Shown here: piece by piece, positions 46,447 to 54,775 of the stretch
How the letters are laid out: every line of letters starts with the position of its first letter
How positions within the stretch are numbered: position 1 is the stretch's first letter
Assembly (NCBI GenBank): GCA_964359655.1
Contig: CAYHVI010000001.1
Location: 3,164 to 67,163, forward strand
Direction of reading: 5' to 3'
From: an uncultured Candidatus Saccharibacteria bacterium
GTDB taxonomy: Bacteria; Patescibacteriota; Minisyncoccia; Minisyncoccales; UBA10102
Length of the DNA stretch: 64,000 nt
The notes under the pieces: model-generated
What the model saw: the letters and a program-made list of their open reading frames with translations, nothing else
What the model was told of the DNA's origin: nothing
Database searches by the model: none
Translations under genes and position numbers: made by a program

Positions 46447-47395
46447 TGCCTTCTCGAAGGCGAGAGAATCGAATAAGCCCGGAGCAAGGGATAATCTCGA
46501 TTCCCTGCCTTTCAAGCTCGTCCAAAATAAGATTCATTCCAAGAGAATCAGAAGACATATGGCCCGTTACCACAATATTCATATTGGCAGCTTCGGCTTC
46601 TTTTTTACTGTCTTCGGTAATATGCATATCAACAATCGTGCCAATTCCGGCTTGCGCCATTTTTTCATACAGCTTTGGCGGAGGTTCGGTGCCACCCGTC
46701 ATTCCCACGTAAATGGTGCCGCAACGGTTCTCCGGTTTCCCTGAAAAAATCTTTGGCCCCATGCCCATTTCTGTCGCTTTTTCATACTCTTCAATCGTGT
46801 GCAAAAAGTGCAGTAAATCTTCGACTCGCTCTGGGCTTTCTGCTTCAATTTTCTCACGCAAAAACTTTGACACTTGATTATCCGCAACCGTATGCATGCA
46901 CATAAAGTTTACCCCAAGCAGTTTTGCAGCGTCGACTGCTCTCCAATTATTTCGTGGATTCCACATACGGAATACTTCAGAACTCCGTTCTCGCAAAAGA
47001 CTTTCTGCAACATTGATGGGCACGCCATACGAGTATAAGATGTCAGCTTGCATCTCCATTACCTCGTGCATATCTACCGTAGCTCTTCCTGAAGGATGAT
47101 GCGAGATTACCAAATCGATATCGTCAAGCTCCTTGGCAAGTAAGATTTCTGCAGCCTCAATGTCAATGCCCACCAGCGCCTTTTTGATTTCCCTGTCGTC
47201 TGCAACGTAAAGCACGCGCGTATCAGAATAAGGATTTTGTAAGGACTCTTGATCAAACTCTTTCTTCTCGTGCTCTGAAAGTTTTTCAAATTTCATTCGC
47301 TTTCTTTCGAGCAGTTTTTCCACGCGCTCTCTGCCTCGAGAATCTGCCTCAATGCCTTTCTCTATGGATAACTTATAGATGTCGCCGATCTTCAT
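46439..47395 (-). CDS. Nif3-like dinuclear-metal-centre protein (YqfO/YbgI family)
   Basis: …DLVISHHP… and C-terminal …VVTGHMSSDS… metal-ligand motifs. I take the start at the internal Met. Confidence 0.55.
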   Translation of the reverse strand: MKIGDIYKLSIEKGIEADSRGRERVEKLLERKRMKFEKLSEHEKKEFDQESLQNPYSDTRVLYVADDREIKKALVGIDIEAAEILLAKELDDIDLVISHHPSGRATVDMHEVMEMQADILYSYGVPINVAESLLRERSSEVFRMWNPRNNWRAVDAAKLLGVNFMCMHTVADNQVSKFLREKIEAESPERVEDLLHFLHTIEEYEKATEMGMGPKIFSGKPENRCGTIYVGMTGGTEPPPKLYEKMAQAGIGTIVDMHITEDSKKEAEAANMNIVVTGHMSSDSLGMNLILDELERQGIEIIPCSGLIRFSRLREGNA

Positions 47396-47545
47396 TGGGA
47401 TAAAGTTTCTCAATTTGTTTCTTTTGCTCTTCAACATTAGCAGTACTGCGCCGAATTCGCGCCTTTTCTTTTCGTATGTATTTTCGCATACCATGGGGAA
47501 TTTTCATGATTGGTTTGGGCATAGCTCTTCATCCATAGCACATTC

Positions 47546-48865
47546 TCAAATTTTTGTAAATTCTTCCTCAACTACTTTGCGTTCATCCCATGGAATTTTT
47601 TTACCTCCAGCTATTGCAATTGCGTCTTCCGAACCCTTGCCGCTTATCACCACCACGTCGCCTTCTCGCGCCAAAGACAATGCTCTACGAATCGCCTCTC
47701 GTCTATCAATAATTTTCAATAAATCTTGAGCTTTGAGCTTTGAGCTTTGAGCTTGAGAAACTCCAGAAGCAATTTGCTCGATGATTGCTTCTGGGTTTTC
47801 GTCATAGGGATCTTCATTGGTCAAAACAATAGTGTCGCAATACGAGGAAGCGATTTTGCCCAATAGAGGACGCTTCCATTTGTCGCGGCCGCCTCCGCAC
47901 GCTCCAAATACGCAAATAAGCTTTTTTGGCTCGAACAAACGTCGCACCCCAGCGTATAAATTTTCCAGCGCCTTTGGAGTAACCGCGTAATCAATCAATA
48001 CGCAAAACGGTTGGGTAATCACGGGCTCGGTTCTGCCCGGCATCCTCGGCATTTTCGCCAAAGCAGATTGGCACACTTCCATAGAAATTCCATGCGCCAA
48101 TCCCACGCATGTTGCAGCTAATGCATTGTACGCGTTAAATTGCCCAATAAGATTCAAGTGAAAAGCTACTCCATTGATGAAAAAATTCGTGCCCTCTTTT
48201 GTTTCTCGCACGTCGCTTCCGACAAATGTTTGGGTTTTAGGATTTGGGATTTGATTGAGATTTGAGGTTTGGGGTTTTGGATTTACTCCATACATGTATG
48301 TTTCGTTTGCGGGAATCTGAAAAAAATATGCCGCGTTTTCGTCATCCCCATTGACTACATGGAGTTTTTTGGCAGTAAAAAACAGCTTTTGTTTTTCTGC
48401 CCGATATTTTTCAAAAGAGCCATGCCGCTCAATATGCTCGGGCGACAAATTGGTGATTACTGCAGTGTGGAAATTCAAAAATCGGTGGCGATGCTGCAAA
48501 ATTCCTTCAGAGCTCACCTCGATGATTGCATGCGTACATCCCTCGAGCAGAGCTTGTGCCAAGAATTTTTGCAAAAACATTCTACCTGGCATTCCCATTT
48601 TCAACGTGTTTTTCCACTTTTTTTCTCCTATTTGAAACCACACCGAAGAAGTCGAACAAGTCTTATGCCCTGCTTCTTTGAAAATCCGTGTAATCATTTC
48701 CGTAGTGGTGGACTTGCCATCTGTACCAGTTATGCCAACTACAGTGAGTTTCCTCGCGGGAAACCCGTACATCACAGCGCCCGAAAACGCCCACAAAAAA
48801 TGATACCAGCTCAAGGCAAATCTCGGGACAGACCTCTGCAAAAGATTCTTTGCTCTTGCCATCAT
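47546..48865 (-). CDS. murE: Mur ligase family protein (MurE/MurF-like), with two in-frame repeat insertions
   Basis: Mur-ligase P-loop GITGTDGKSTT, a central domain and a C-terminal domain (…DYAVTP…). It carries …NPKPQTSNLNQIPNPKTQT… and …QAQSSKLKAQ… low-complexity inserts. Confidence 0.7.
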   Translation of the reverse strand: MMARAKNLLQRSVPRFALSWYHFLWAFSGAVMYGFPARKLTVVGITGTDGKSTTTEMITRIFKEAGHKTCSTSSVWFQIGEKKWKNTLKMGMPGRMFLQKFLAQALLEGCTHAIIEVSSEGILQHRHRFLNFHTAVITNLSPEHIERHGSFEKYRAEKQKLFFTAKKLHVVNGDDENAAYFFQIPANETYMYGVNPKPQTSNLNQIPNPKTQTFVGSDVRETKEGTNFFINGVAFHLNLIGQFNAYNALAATCVGLAHGISMEVCQSALAKMPRMPGRTEPVITQPFCVLIDYAVTPKALENLYAGVRRLFEPKKLICVFGACGGGRDKWKRPLLGKIASSYCDTIVLTNEDPYDENPEAIIEQIASGVSQAQSSKLKAQDLLKIIDRREAIRRALSLAREGDVVVISGKGSEDAIAIAGGKKIPWDERKVVEEEFTKI

Positions 48866-48892
48866 CCTTTTAATCTAGCACGTTTCTCGCCC

Positions 48893-48931
48893 AAAATTAA
48901 AGGGCGCTGCTGATTCGTTGTCATAGCGCCC
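48893..48931 (-). terminator. Rho-independent terminator after the 179-aa gene (minus strand)
   Basis: GGGCGCT…AGCGCCC stem. A preceding A-rich run on the plus strand gives a U-tract on the minus strand. Confidence 0.5.
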
Positions 48932-48944
48932 TCCATCTCCATTA

Positions 48945-49484
48945 TTATTTTGGAGGTAGCGTACCCTTCCTTGTAAGCACCTCCTCCGTTTGCGCATCGA
49001 TAGAAGGCGGCAACTCCTGTCCTGCTGCAAGGCGCGCTTGTGCTTCCTTTTGGATCTGACTGCTCGTCTTCTGTACTCTGTATACCTGTTGCATGAAAGC
49101 CAAGCTTGCTGGGGTGCCGGCAATCCTTGAGAATTCCGGTGCTTTTCTCCCCCGGAATCGGTTTTTCTCGATAAGAAAATCTGCGTCCAGCTCCTCGAGG
49201 TACTTAGTCGCTAGCTCAAGAGTGAGCGGGCGTTTGTCTGGATATTCATCGTCATCCCAGCTTGGATCGGGGCCTAAACGAAATGCTTCGCCGGTTTCCA
49301 TCTTATCGAACCATTGTTGATACAGTTCGAAAACGTCATACTTGTTGACGGCATCTACCCAAGCACACGCTCTTGCTAGAGGATCGTCTCGATCCCCCCA
49401 CTCACTTATACACGAGTTGAACAGTGCATGCGGAGTAACTTCGTAGTACGCCATGCCAACTCCTTTCTTTAAACATTCGGCCAT
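48945..49484 (-). CDS. Hypothetical protein (179 aa), tandem paralog A, GC-rich
   Basis: ORF. It shares …AC/MACA-V…W…Q… and a C-terminal …ELPP… pattern with the adjacent 158-aa ORF. Confidence 0.4.
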   Translation of the reverse strand: MAECLKKGVGMAYYEVTPHALFNSCISEWGDRDDPLARACAWVDAVNKYDVFELYQQWFDKMETGEAFRLGPDPSWDDDEYPDKRPLTLELATKYLEELDADFLIEKNRFRGRKAPEFSRIAGTPASLAFMQQVYRVQKTSSQIQKEAQARLAAGQELPPSIDAQTEEVLTRKGTLPPK

Positions 49485-49945
49485 GGTGGCAATTCAATAC
49501 CCTCATCCAATAGTGCTTGAGCCTTTCTTCGCACCTCCTCTGAAGTTTGTATGACTGCACACCCTTCTTGATAAAAAGCTTGTCTGGCTGCAAGTGGCAT
49601 TTCTTTGAGTTTTGGCAAAAGCACCTTTTCATCTACGGTTGGGCCGTAGAACTCTCCAACTGCAGCATCGATAAATTCAATGGTTTTGTCGTTATCTGGT
49701 AGTTTCCTTGTCGGATCCAATCTCCGTTCATCAACTTTCCCCTGATCAATCAATTGAAGCCAGGTACGTACAAACCAAAGAAAGTCCCAAACGCCCTGTG
49801 CTTCTACTACCGCGCATGCCATCGTGAAGGGATGATCCTTTGATTGTCCGCTTATTTCTGTGATATCGCCTCCATCATTTGCAGAGAGAAGCCGATTATA
49901 GATAATCCGAAGAGTCTTTGGCGAGGGTCGTGGTTCTCTTGGCAT
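49469..49945 (-). CDS. Hypothetical protein (158 aa), tandem paralog B, GC-rich
   Basis: ORF. It is a paralog of 48945-49484. Confidence 0.4.
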   Translation of the reverse strand: MPREPRPSPKTLRIIYNRLLSANDGGDITEISGQSKDHPFTMACAVVEAQGVWDFLWFVRTWLQLIDQGKVDERRLDPTRKLPDNDKTIEFIDAAVGEFYGPTVDEKVLLPKLKEMPLAARQAFYQEGCAVIQTSEEVRRKAQALLDEGIELPPWPNV

Positions 49946-50030
49946 GTCTTAACCTCCTTTCCTTGCTTTATTTTTATAGTAAGAACAGATGATCAATCTT
50001 ATCACAATATCATCGAATGTACAGAACAAA

Positions 50031-50066
50031 AGAGGCGTCACGAGTTGTGACGCCTCTTCAATATTT
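50031..50066 (-). terminator. Rho-independent terminator (minus strand) downstream of the 161-aa gene
   Basis: AGAGGCGTCAC-gagtt-GTGACGCCTCT is a perfect 11-bp stem. ACAAAA on the plus strand gives a U-tract on the minus strand. Confidence 0.7.
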
Positions 50067-50204
50067 GACATGCATGCATAGAGCTATGGCTCTATCACAC
50101 GCCGTACTCTTCGCACTGTCCTGCTCCTTTGCCCAGGGCAATGATCAGGATCTGGCGCGTACCGACGCGCAGGATCTGGTTGCGGTCCAGGGCTAGTCGT
50201 CGGA

Positions 50205-50690
50205 CTAGTCCTCGTCGGCACTTCTGTCGGCTGAACTCCCTTTGCTATTTTTATTCTTGCCACCGAACTTACCTCCTTTTCTTTTCAGATCTTCAAACCG
50301 ATCCGAATAATCTTCCTTCCCGGGTTCGTTGCTGATCACCTCCCCAAACTCATCCACTGTTGTTTGTATCGCTGACTCGGCTGCAAGCGCCCGAATGCCC
50401 GCGTACACTTTCAGCAGCAGGCTTAGTCCCACACGCTCACTTCCGATCACAACGGATGATCTAGTAACCTCTCTGATTACCCAAAGCTCAGGAAGGCTGA
50501 AATAAACAGTCACTTGACTGCTTTGCTGGTCGGTTTCGAGCACAGCGCCGCCTATCTTCAGGAGCAGCGTCGGGTATGGCGACGCCTGGCCTTGCAGTCC
50601 GTCAGGCGGCCCCTGCATGAACATCGAGATCGAATCGGAGAGGTAGAGGCTCTCCAGGTGGGTCAGTTGGACCGGATAAGCGTTGGCCAC
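50205..50690 (-). CDS. Hypothetical protein (161 aa), GC-rich, Gly/Lys-rich tail
   Basis: ORF. The C-terminus is …KRKGGKFGGKNKNSKGSSADRSADED. Confidence 0.35.
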   Translation of the reverse strand: MANAYPVQLTHLESLYLSDSISMFMQGPPDGLQGQASPYPTLLLKIGGAVLETDQQSSQVTVYFSLPELWVIREVTRSSVVIGSERVGLSLLLKVYAGIRALAAESAIQTTVDEFGEVISNEPGKEDYSDRFEDLKRKGGKFGGKNKNSKGSSADRSADED

Positions 50691-50775
50691 GGTATCACCC
50701 CCTTTCTAAAATGAGCTGTTTTTGAAATCACCTCCTTCTTTAGATATACCTTCTCGATGAAGTAAGTCAATACTC

Positions 50776-51336
50776 CTATCGCTTTACGATCTTGAGCGCC
50801 TCCTTGATTTTTTGTTCAGGATCGGTCACTTCTGCCGGGATGCGAGACAAGGCGTCGCGGGCTTCTGCCTTGGAAAAACCAAGATTCACGAGCGAATCAA
50901 CAACCTCATCTCCCGATGATCGCTTGCTCTCAAAACTCCCGAGTTTACCCGTAAGCTCTAAAATTATTTTCTGGATTTTCTTCTCTCCGATCCCCTTAAT
51001 GCGGAAAAAGGCGGTGTTGCGCTGGTCAATTGCTTTCTTAATATCTTCTGGCTTTCCGAGCGAAGTTAAAATCATTGCGGCTTTTGGCCCTATCCCAGAA
51101 ACATTGCGGAAAACTTCAAAAAGCTTTAATGCTTCAAAAGACGGCAATCCGTAAAGTTCCAGAGTTGCTTCCTTTCTCACTTGGAGCGCGCAAAACATTT
51201 CAACCTGTTCTTGCCCTTGTTTCAACTGCATATGCAATCCCTCTGGCACAAACACCTTATACCCTACTCCGCCGGTTTCGAGTATGATATAATCAGAGTC
51301 TTTCAATAAGATTTTCCCCTTGAGATATGCAATCAT
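50776..51336 (-). CDS. ruvA: Holliday junction branch-migration complex subunit RuvA
   Basis: MIAYLKGKI… OB-fold, HhH pairs (…VSGIGPKAAMIL…, …IKGIGEKKIQKI…) and a C-terminal domain III. I take the start at the internal Met. Confidence 0.88.
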   Translation of the reverse strand: MIAYLKGKILLKDSDYIILETGGVGYKVFVPEGLHMQLKQGQEQVEMFCALQVRKEATLELYGLPSFEALKLFEVFRNVSGIGPKAAMILTSLGKPEDIKKAIDQRNTAFFRIKGIGEKKIQKIILELTGKLGSFESKRSSGDEVVDSLVNLGFSKAEARDALSRIPAEVTDPEQKIKEALKIVKR

Positions 51337-51349
51337 ATCTTTATAGTAA

Positions 51350-53293
51350 ATGAAATTCAGCTTAGTATCAAAATTCCGTCCGACTGGCGACCAACCGCAG
51401 GCAATTGCAAAACTAGTCTCCAATATCGAAGCTGGTGCAAAACACCAGGTGCTTTTGGGCGTTACGGGCAGCGGCAAAACATTCACCATGGCGAACGTAA
51501 TTGAAAAAACTCAAAAACCCACCCTCGTGATTTCGCCAAACAAAACTTTAGCCGCCCAACTCTACCAAGAATTCAGAGAGTTTTTCCCTAAAAATGGCGT
51601 GCACTACTTTGTTTCTTACTATGACTATTACCAGCCAGAGGCCTATATTCCCCAGTCTGACACGTACATCGAAAAAGATTCAAAGATCAATGATACCATA
51701 GATCGCCTGCGACACGAGGCAGTTCAAGACGTGCTCTCTAAAAAAGATGTCCTCGTGGTGGCTTCAGTTTCTTGCATTTACAACATTGGATCTCCTGAAG
51801 ATTACCAGAATATTGCTTTGGATGTAAAACTTGGCCAAAAAATTGAGCGGAAAAGCTTTCTTGCCCACATTACCGCGCTCCAGTACCAAAGGAATGATAT
51901 TGATTTTAAACCCGGAACCTTCCGAATCCGTGGAGAAGTAACGGAGATATTTGCAGTTACCGGAAAAGAACTTATCCGTATTGAATTTTCCGGCGACCAT
52001 ATTGAAGGACTCGCGCTTTCCCGCGATATCGTCAATCCTGCGTACAGCGCCACGGAAACCTACCGATTTTTCCCTGCGAAATTTTGGGTAACACCACAAA
52101 ACAAACTCTCGCTCGCAATGGAAAACATTCGTTCGGAGCTCTCTTGGCGCCTCCAAGAACTGCGCAAGCAAAACAAGGTGCTCCAAGCCCAACGTTTGGA
52201 ACAACGCACCAATTATGATTTGGAGTTAATACAAGAATCAGGATATTGTCACGGAATTGAAAATTATTCGCGGCATCTCGAATTTCGAAACGCGGGAGAT
52301 CCTCCGTATACGCTTTTGGAATACTTTGGCAAAGATTTTCTCTTTCTTGTTGACGAAAGCCATCTTACCCTTTCCCAATTGAAAGCTATGGCAGTGCAAG
52401 ATCGGGCGCGCAAACAAGCGCTGGTCGAACACGGATTCCGCCTACCCTCCGCGCTTGACAATCGCCCCTTAACCTTCAAAGAAACGTTCGAACGCGTTCC
52501 TCAAACCATATACATATCTGCTACGCCTGCCGTATTCGAACTCTCAACATCAAAACCTCATATCGCAGAACAACTCATTCGACCTACGGGATTGCTGGAG
52601 CCTGAAATTGAAATTCGGCCAACTACAAATCAGATCCAAGACATAATTAAAGAAATTGAAAAGCGCAAAGCAAAAAACCAAAGAGTACTCGTGCTTACTC
52701 TCACCAAACGTTTGGCAGAAGACATTGCAGATTATTTGGCGCAAAGAAACATTGCAGTCCAATGGCTCCATTCTGAAGTAAAAACACTGGAGCGGCCCGG
52801 AATTTTAGAGGATTTCAGAAGGGGCAAATATGATGTGATTGTGGGTATTAACCTTTTGCGGGAAGGTCTTGATTTACCCGAGGTCAGCCTCGTTGCCATT
52901 CTTGATGCAGACAAAGAAGGATTTTTGCGAAACGAAACCACCTTAATCCAAACCATGGGAAGAGCGGCGCGACATCCTGAAGGAAAAGCGATTTTGTATG
53001 CAGACGTCATGACTTTTTCAATAAAAAACGCTGTTGCAGAAATTGCGCGCCGGAAAAAAATACAGCAAGAATATAATAAAAAACATCACATTGTCCCGCA
53101 GCCAATAGTAAAAGAAATCAGAAAATGGGGGTTTGCCGACGCAAAAGAAATAGCAAAGGCAGAGTTTGGCCCAATTCAGGATGTAAAACTTCTTGAAAAA
53201 GAAATGAAGGAAGCTGCCAGCAATCTCAACTTTGAACGCGCCGCCCAAATCCGCGACCTCATCAAAAAGTTAAAAACGAAAAGTGCCAAGTGA
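51350..53293 (+). CDS. uvrB: Excinuclease ABC subunit B
   Basis: …F.LVSKFRPTGDQPQAI… N-terminus, Walker A GVTGSGKT, a beta-hairpin, helicase motifs and a C-terminal UVR domain. Confidence 0.93.
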   Translation: MKFSLVSKFRPTGDQPQAIAKLVSNIEAGAKHQVLLGVTGSGKTFTMANVIEKTQKPTLVISPNKTLAAQLYQEFREFFPKNGVHYFVSYYDYYQPEAYIPQSDTYIEKDSKINDTIDRLRHEAVQDVLSKKDVLVVASVSCIYNIGSPEDYQNIALDVKLGQKIERKSFLAHITALQYQRNDIDFKPGTFRIRGEVTEIFAVTGKELIRIEFSGDHIEGLALSRDIVNPAYSATETYRFFPAKFWVTPQNKLSLAMENIRSELSWRLQELRKQNKVLQAQRLEQRTNYDLELIQESGYCHGIENYSRHLEFRNAGDPPYTLLEYFGKDFLFLVDESHLTLSQLKAMAVQDRARKQALVEHGFRLPSALDNRPLTFKETFERVPQTIYISATPAVFELSTSKPHIAEQLIRPTGLLEPEIEIRPTTNQIQDIIKEIEKRKAKNQRVLVLTLTKRLAEDIADYLAQRNIAVQWLHSEVKTLERPGILEDFRRGKYDVIVGINLLREGLDLPEVSLVAILDADKEGFLRNETTLIQTMGRAARHPEGKAILYADVMTFSIKNAVAEIARRKKIQQEYNKKHHIVPQPIVKEIRKWGFADAKEIAKAEFGPIQDVKLLEKEMKEAASNLNFERAAQIRDLIKKLKTKSAK

Positions 53294-53320
53294 AAAATTC
53301 CCCAGAAAAAGTTGACAAAA

Positions 53321-53356
53321 GTAATGTTGGTGCTATTATTATATAAGCACTCAGTA
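53321..53356 (+). promoter_or_regulatory. Strong sigma70-like promoter (TTGACA-17-TATTAT) with a downstream AAGGAGGA but no adjacent start codon
   Basis: ttgacaaaagtaatgttggtgctattattatataag, followed by cagtaaggaggaac. Confidence 0.45.
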
Positions 53357-53724
53357 AGGAGGAACAGAACAGCTTAAGGCTGTTCAACGAGCCTCTGAGA
53401 AAAGCTCTTGGAAGGAACTCGCGCAACTAGCACCTACTACTCTCGGGAAGGAAAGCCTAGAATTAACGGCTCTGTTGAGTCAGGAGTTCGGGATCTCCAT
53501 CTGCATACTTGTAGACTTTTCGTCTGGGAACACGGGAGGTCACGACGACCCAGTTTTTCAAGCCAGCATTGATCACTACGTTGGAGAGCTCAAAGAATTG
53601 AGTGAGCGCAATGCTCGTTCGAAAACACCCACAACCGAATAGCTGGGAGTTTTATTTTATTCTCATAAACCCTTTTATCATAATCTTCTAACCTTAATTT
53701 CCTGATCTCATCCGGTCAAATATA

Positions 53725-53764
53725 TTACTTTGTTAATTCAACCATGGTATTATTAATAAAGTAA
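53725..53764. promoter_or_regulatory. 40-bp palindrome TTACTTTgTTAATtcaaCCATGGtattATTAAtAAAGTAA immediately upstream of PaaX-like paralog 2
   Basis: Near-perfect dyad centred on CCATGG. It ends 5 nt before the ATG at 53769. Confidence 0.5.
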
Positions 53765-53768
53765 GCTT

Positions 53769-54347
53769 ATGAAGTATACATATTATTTTCGGAAGCCAAA
53801 ATCGGAAGTGGCGAAAGATATTTTCCAATGGCTTCTGATAGGAGGGATGATAACCGTTGCAGCAACATCACCTTCCTTTGGCATTCATGCATGGCGAGCG
53901 TTTCAAAAGTGGCAGCAGAAAAAGCAATATCAAAAACGCAATTTTTCCGATATCTTTACGCACCTGCACCGAAAGGGACTGATTGACATAGAGCAACATG
54001 GACACAATCTTCATATTGCTCTTACTCCAAAGGGACGACAACTCGCAGGTTATCTTCAAATCGACTTCCTTAAAATCCAGCGACCAAAAATTTGGGATAA
54101 AAAGTGGAGACTTGTAATGTTTGATATTTCTCAACCAAAACGCAGGCATCGAAACGCTCTACGGGGCAAACTCGAAGAATTAGGATTTGTTCTGTATCAA
54201 AAAAGTGTGTGGCTGCACGCATTTGATTGCCGCAGTGAAATCGCAATACTCAAAGATTTCTTTGGACTCAAAGAAAATGAGATCTCCCTCATAGTGGCAC
54301 AGAAAATTGATCGAGAGGGCTATTTTAAAAAGCGCTTTCGAATATAA
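53769..54347 (+). CDS. PaaX-family-like winged-helix transcriptional regulator, short form (paralog 2)
   Basis: Same architecture as 22653-23231: a wHTH (…FTHLHRKGLIDIEQHGHNLHIALTPKGRQ…) plus the WDKKWRLVMFDI…LYQKSVWL core. Confidence 0.55.
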   Translation: MKYTYYFRKPKSEVAKDIFQWLLIGGMITVAATSPSFGIHAWRAFQKWQQKKQYQKRNFSDIFTHLHRKGLIDIEQHGHNLHIALTPKGRQLAGYLQIDFLKIQRPKIWDKKWRLVMFDISQPKRRHRNALRGKLEELGFVLYQKSVWLHAFDCRSEIAILKDFFGLKENEISLIVAQKIDREGYFKKRFRI

Positions 54348-54375
54348 CCCTCTCCTTAACTTTCTCACAAGGTAT

Positions 54376-54414
54376 ACTTCATTAAGAGTACCATGGTATT
54401 TTTAATCAAGTAAC
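54376..54414. promoter_or_regulatory. Palindrome ACTTcATTAAgagtaCCATGGtatttTTAATcAAGT downstream of PaaX-like paralog 2 (second copy of its cognate site)
   Basis: Dyad centred on CCATGG. It shares ACCATGGTATT(A/T)TTAAT(A/C)AAGTAA with the upstream copy. Confidence 0.5.
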
Positions 54415-54499
54415 ATTACCGATCTCCCTTACACGAAGAGAAAAGCGAAAAACGCGCCGTTCTTTACATTTTTCTCTTTTCGTTTTACACTTGCTCCAT

Positions 54500-54775
54500 A
54501 TGGCAATTACAAAATCAGCGAAAAAGGCTCTACGGCAAAACGCCACAGGAAAAGCAAGAAATCTCAAGAGAAAAAACACCTTTAAGACTCTGATTAAGCA
54601 GGAAAAGAAACTCGTTGAGCAAAAGAATTGGGAAGAAGCGCAAAAGCTTTTGCCCAAACTCTACAAGGCTTTGGACAAAGCTGCACAGCGCGGGGTTCTG
54701 AAGAAAAATACCGCGGCAAGAAAAAAATCGCGGCTTACCAAATTCTTCCGAGCAAACCTTAAAGTTGGGCAATAA
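54500..54775 (+). CDS. rpsT: 30S ribosomal protein S20
   Basis: MAITKSAKKALRQN…. Confidence 0.88.
   Translation: MAITKSAKKALRQNATGKARNLKRKNTFKTLIKQEKKLVEQKNWEEAQKLLPKLYKALDKAAQRGVLKKNTAARKKSRLTKFFRANLKVGQ

Noticed and set aside
53360-53700. RNase P RNA, SRP RNA or 6S RNA in the long uvrB-downstream spacer.
   Set aside because: I found no GNRA-tetraloop P4/CR-I/CR-V (AGGAAAGUCCGGGCUC…ACAGAAA) cores, no SRP domain IV motif (…GUCAGGUCCGGAAGGAAGCAGC…) and no 6S-like central bubble. I keep it only as an unclassified candidate.
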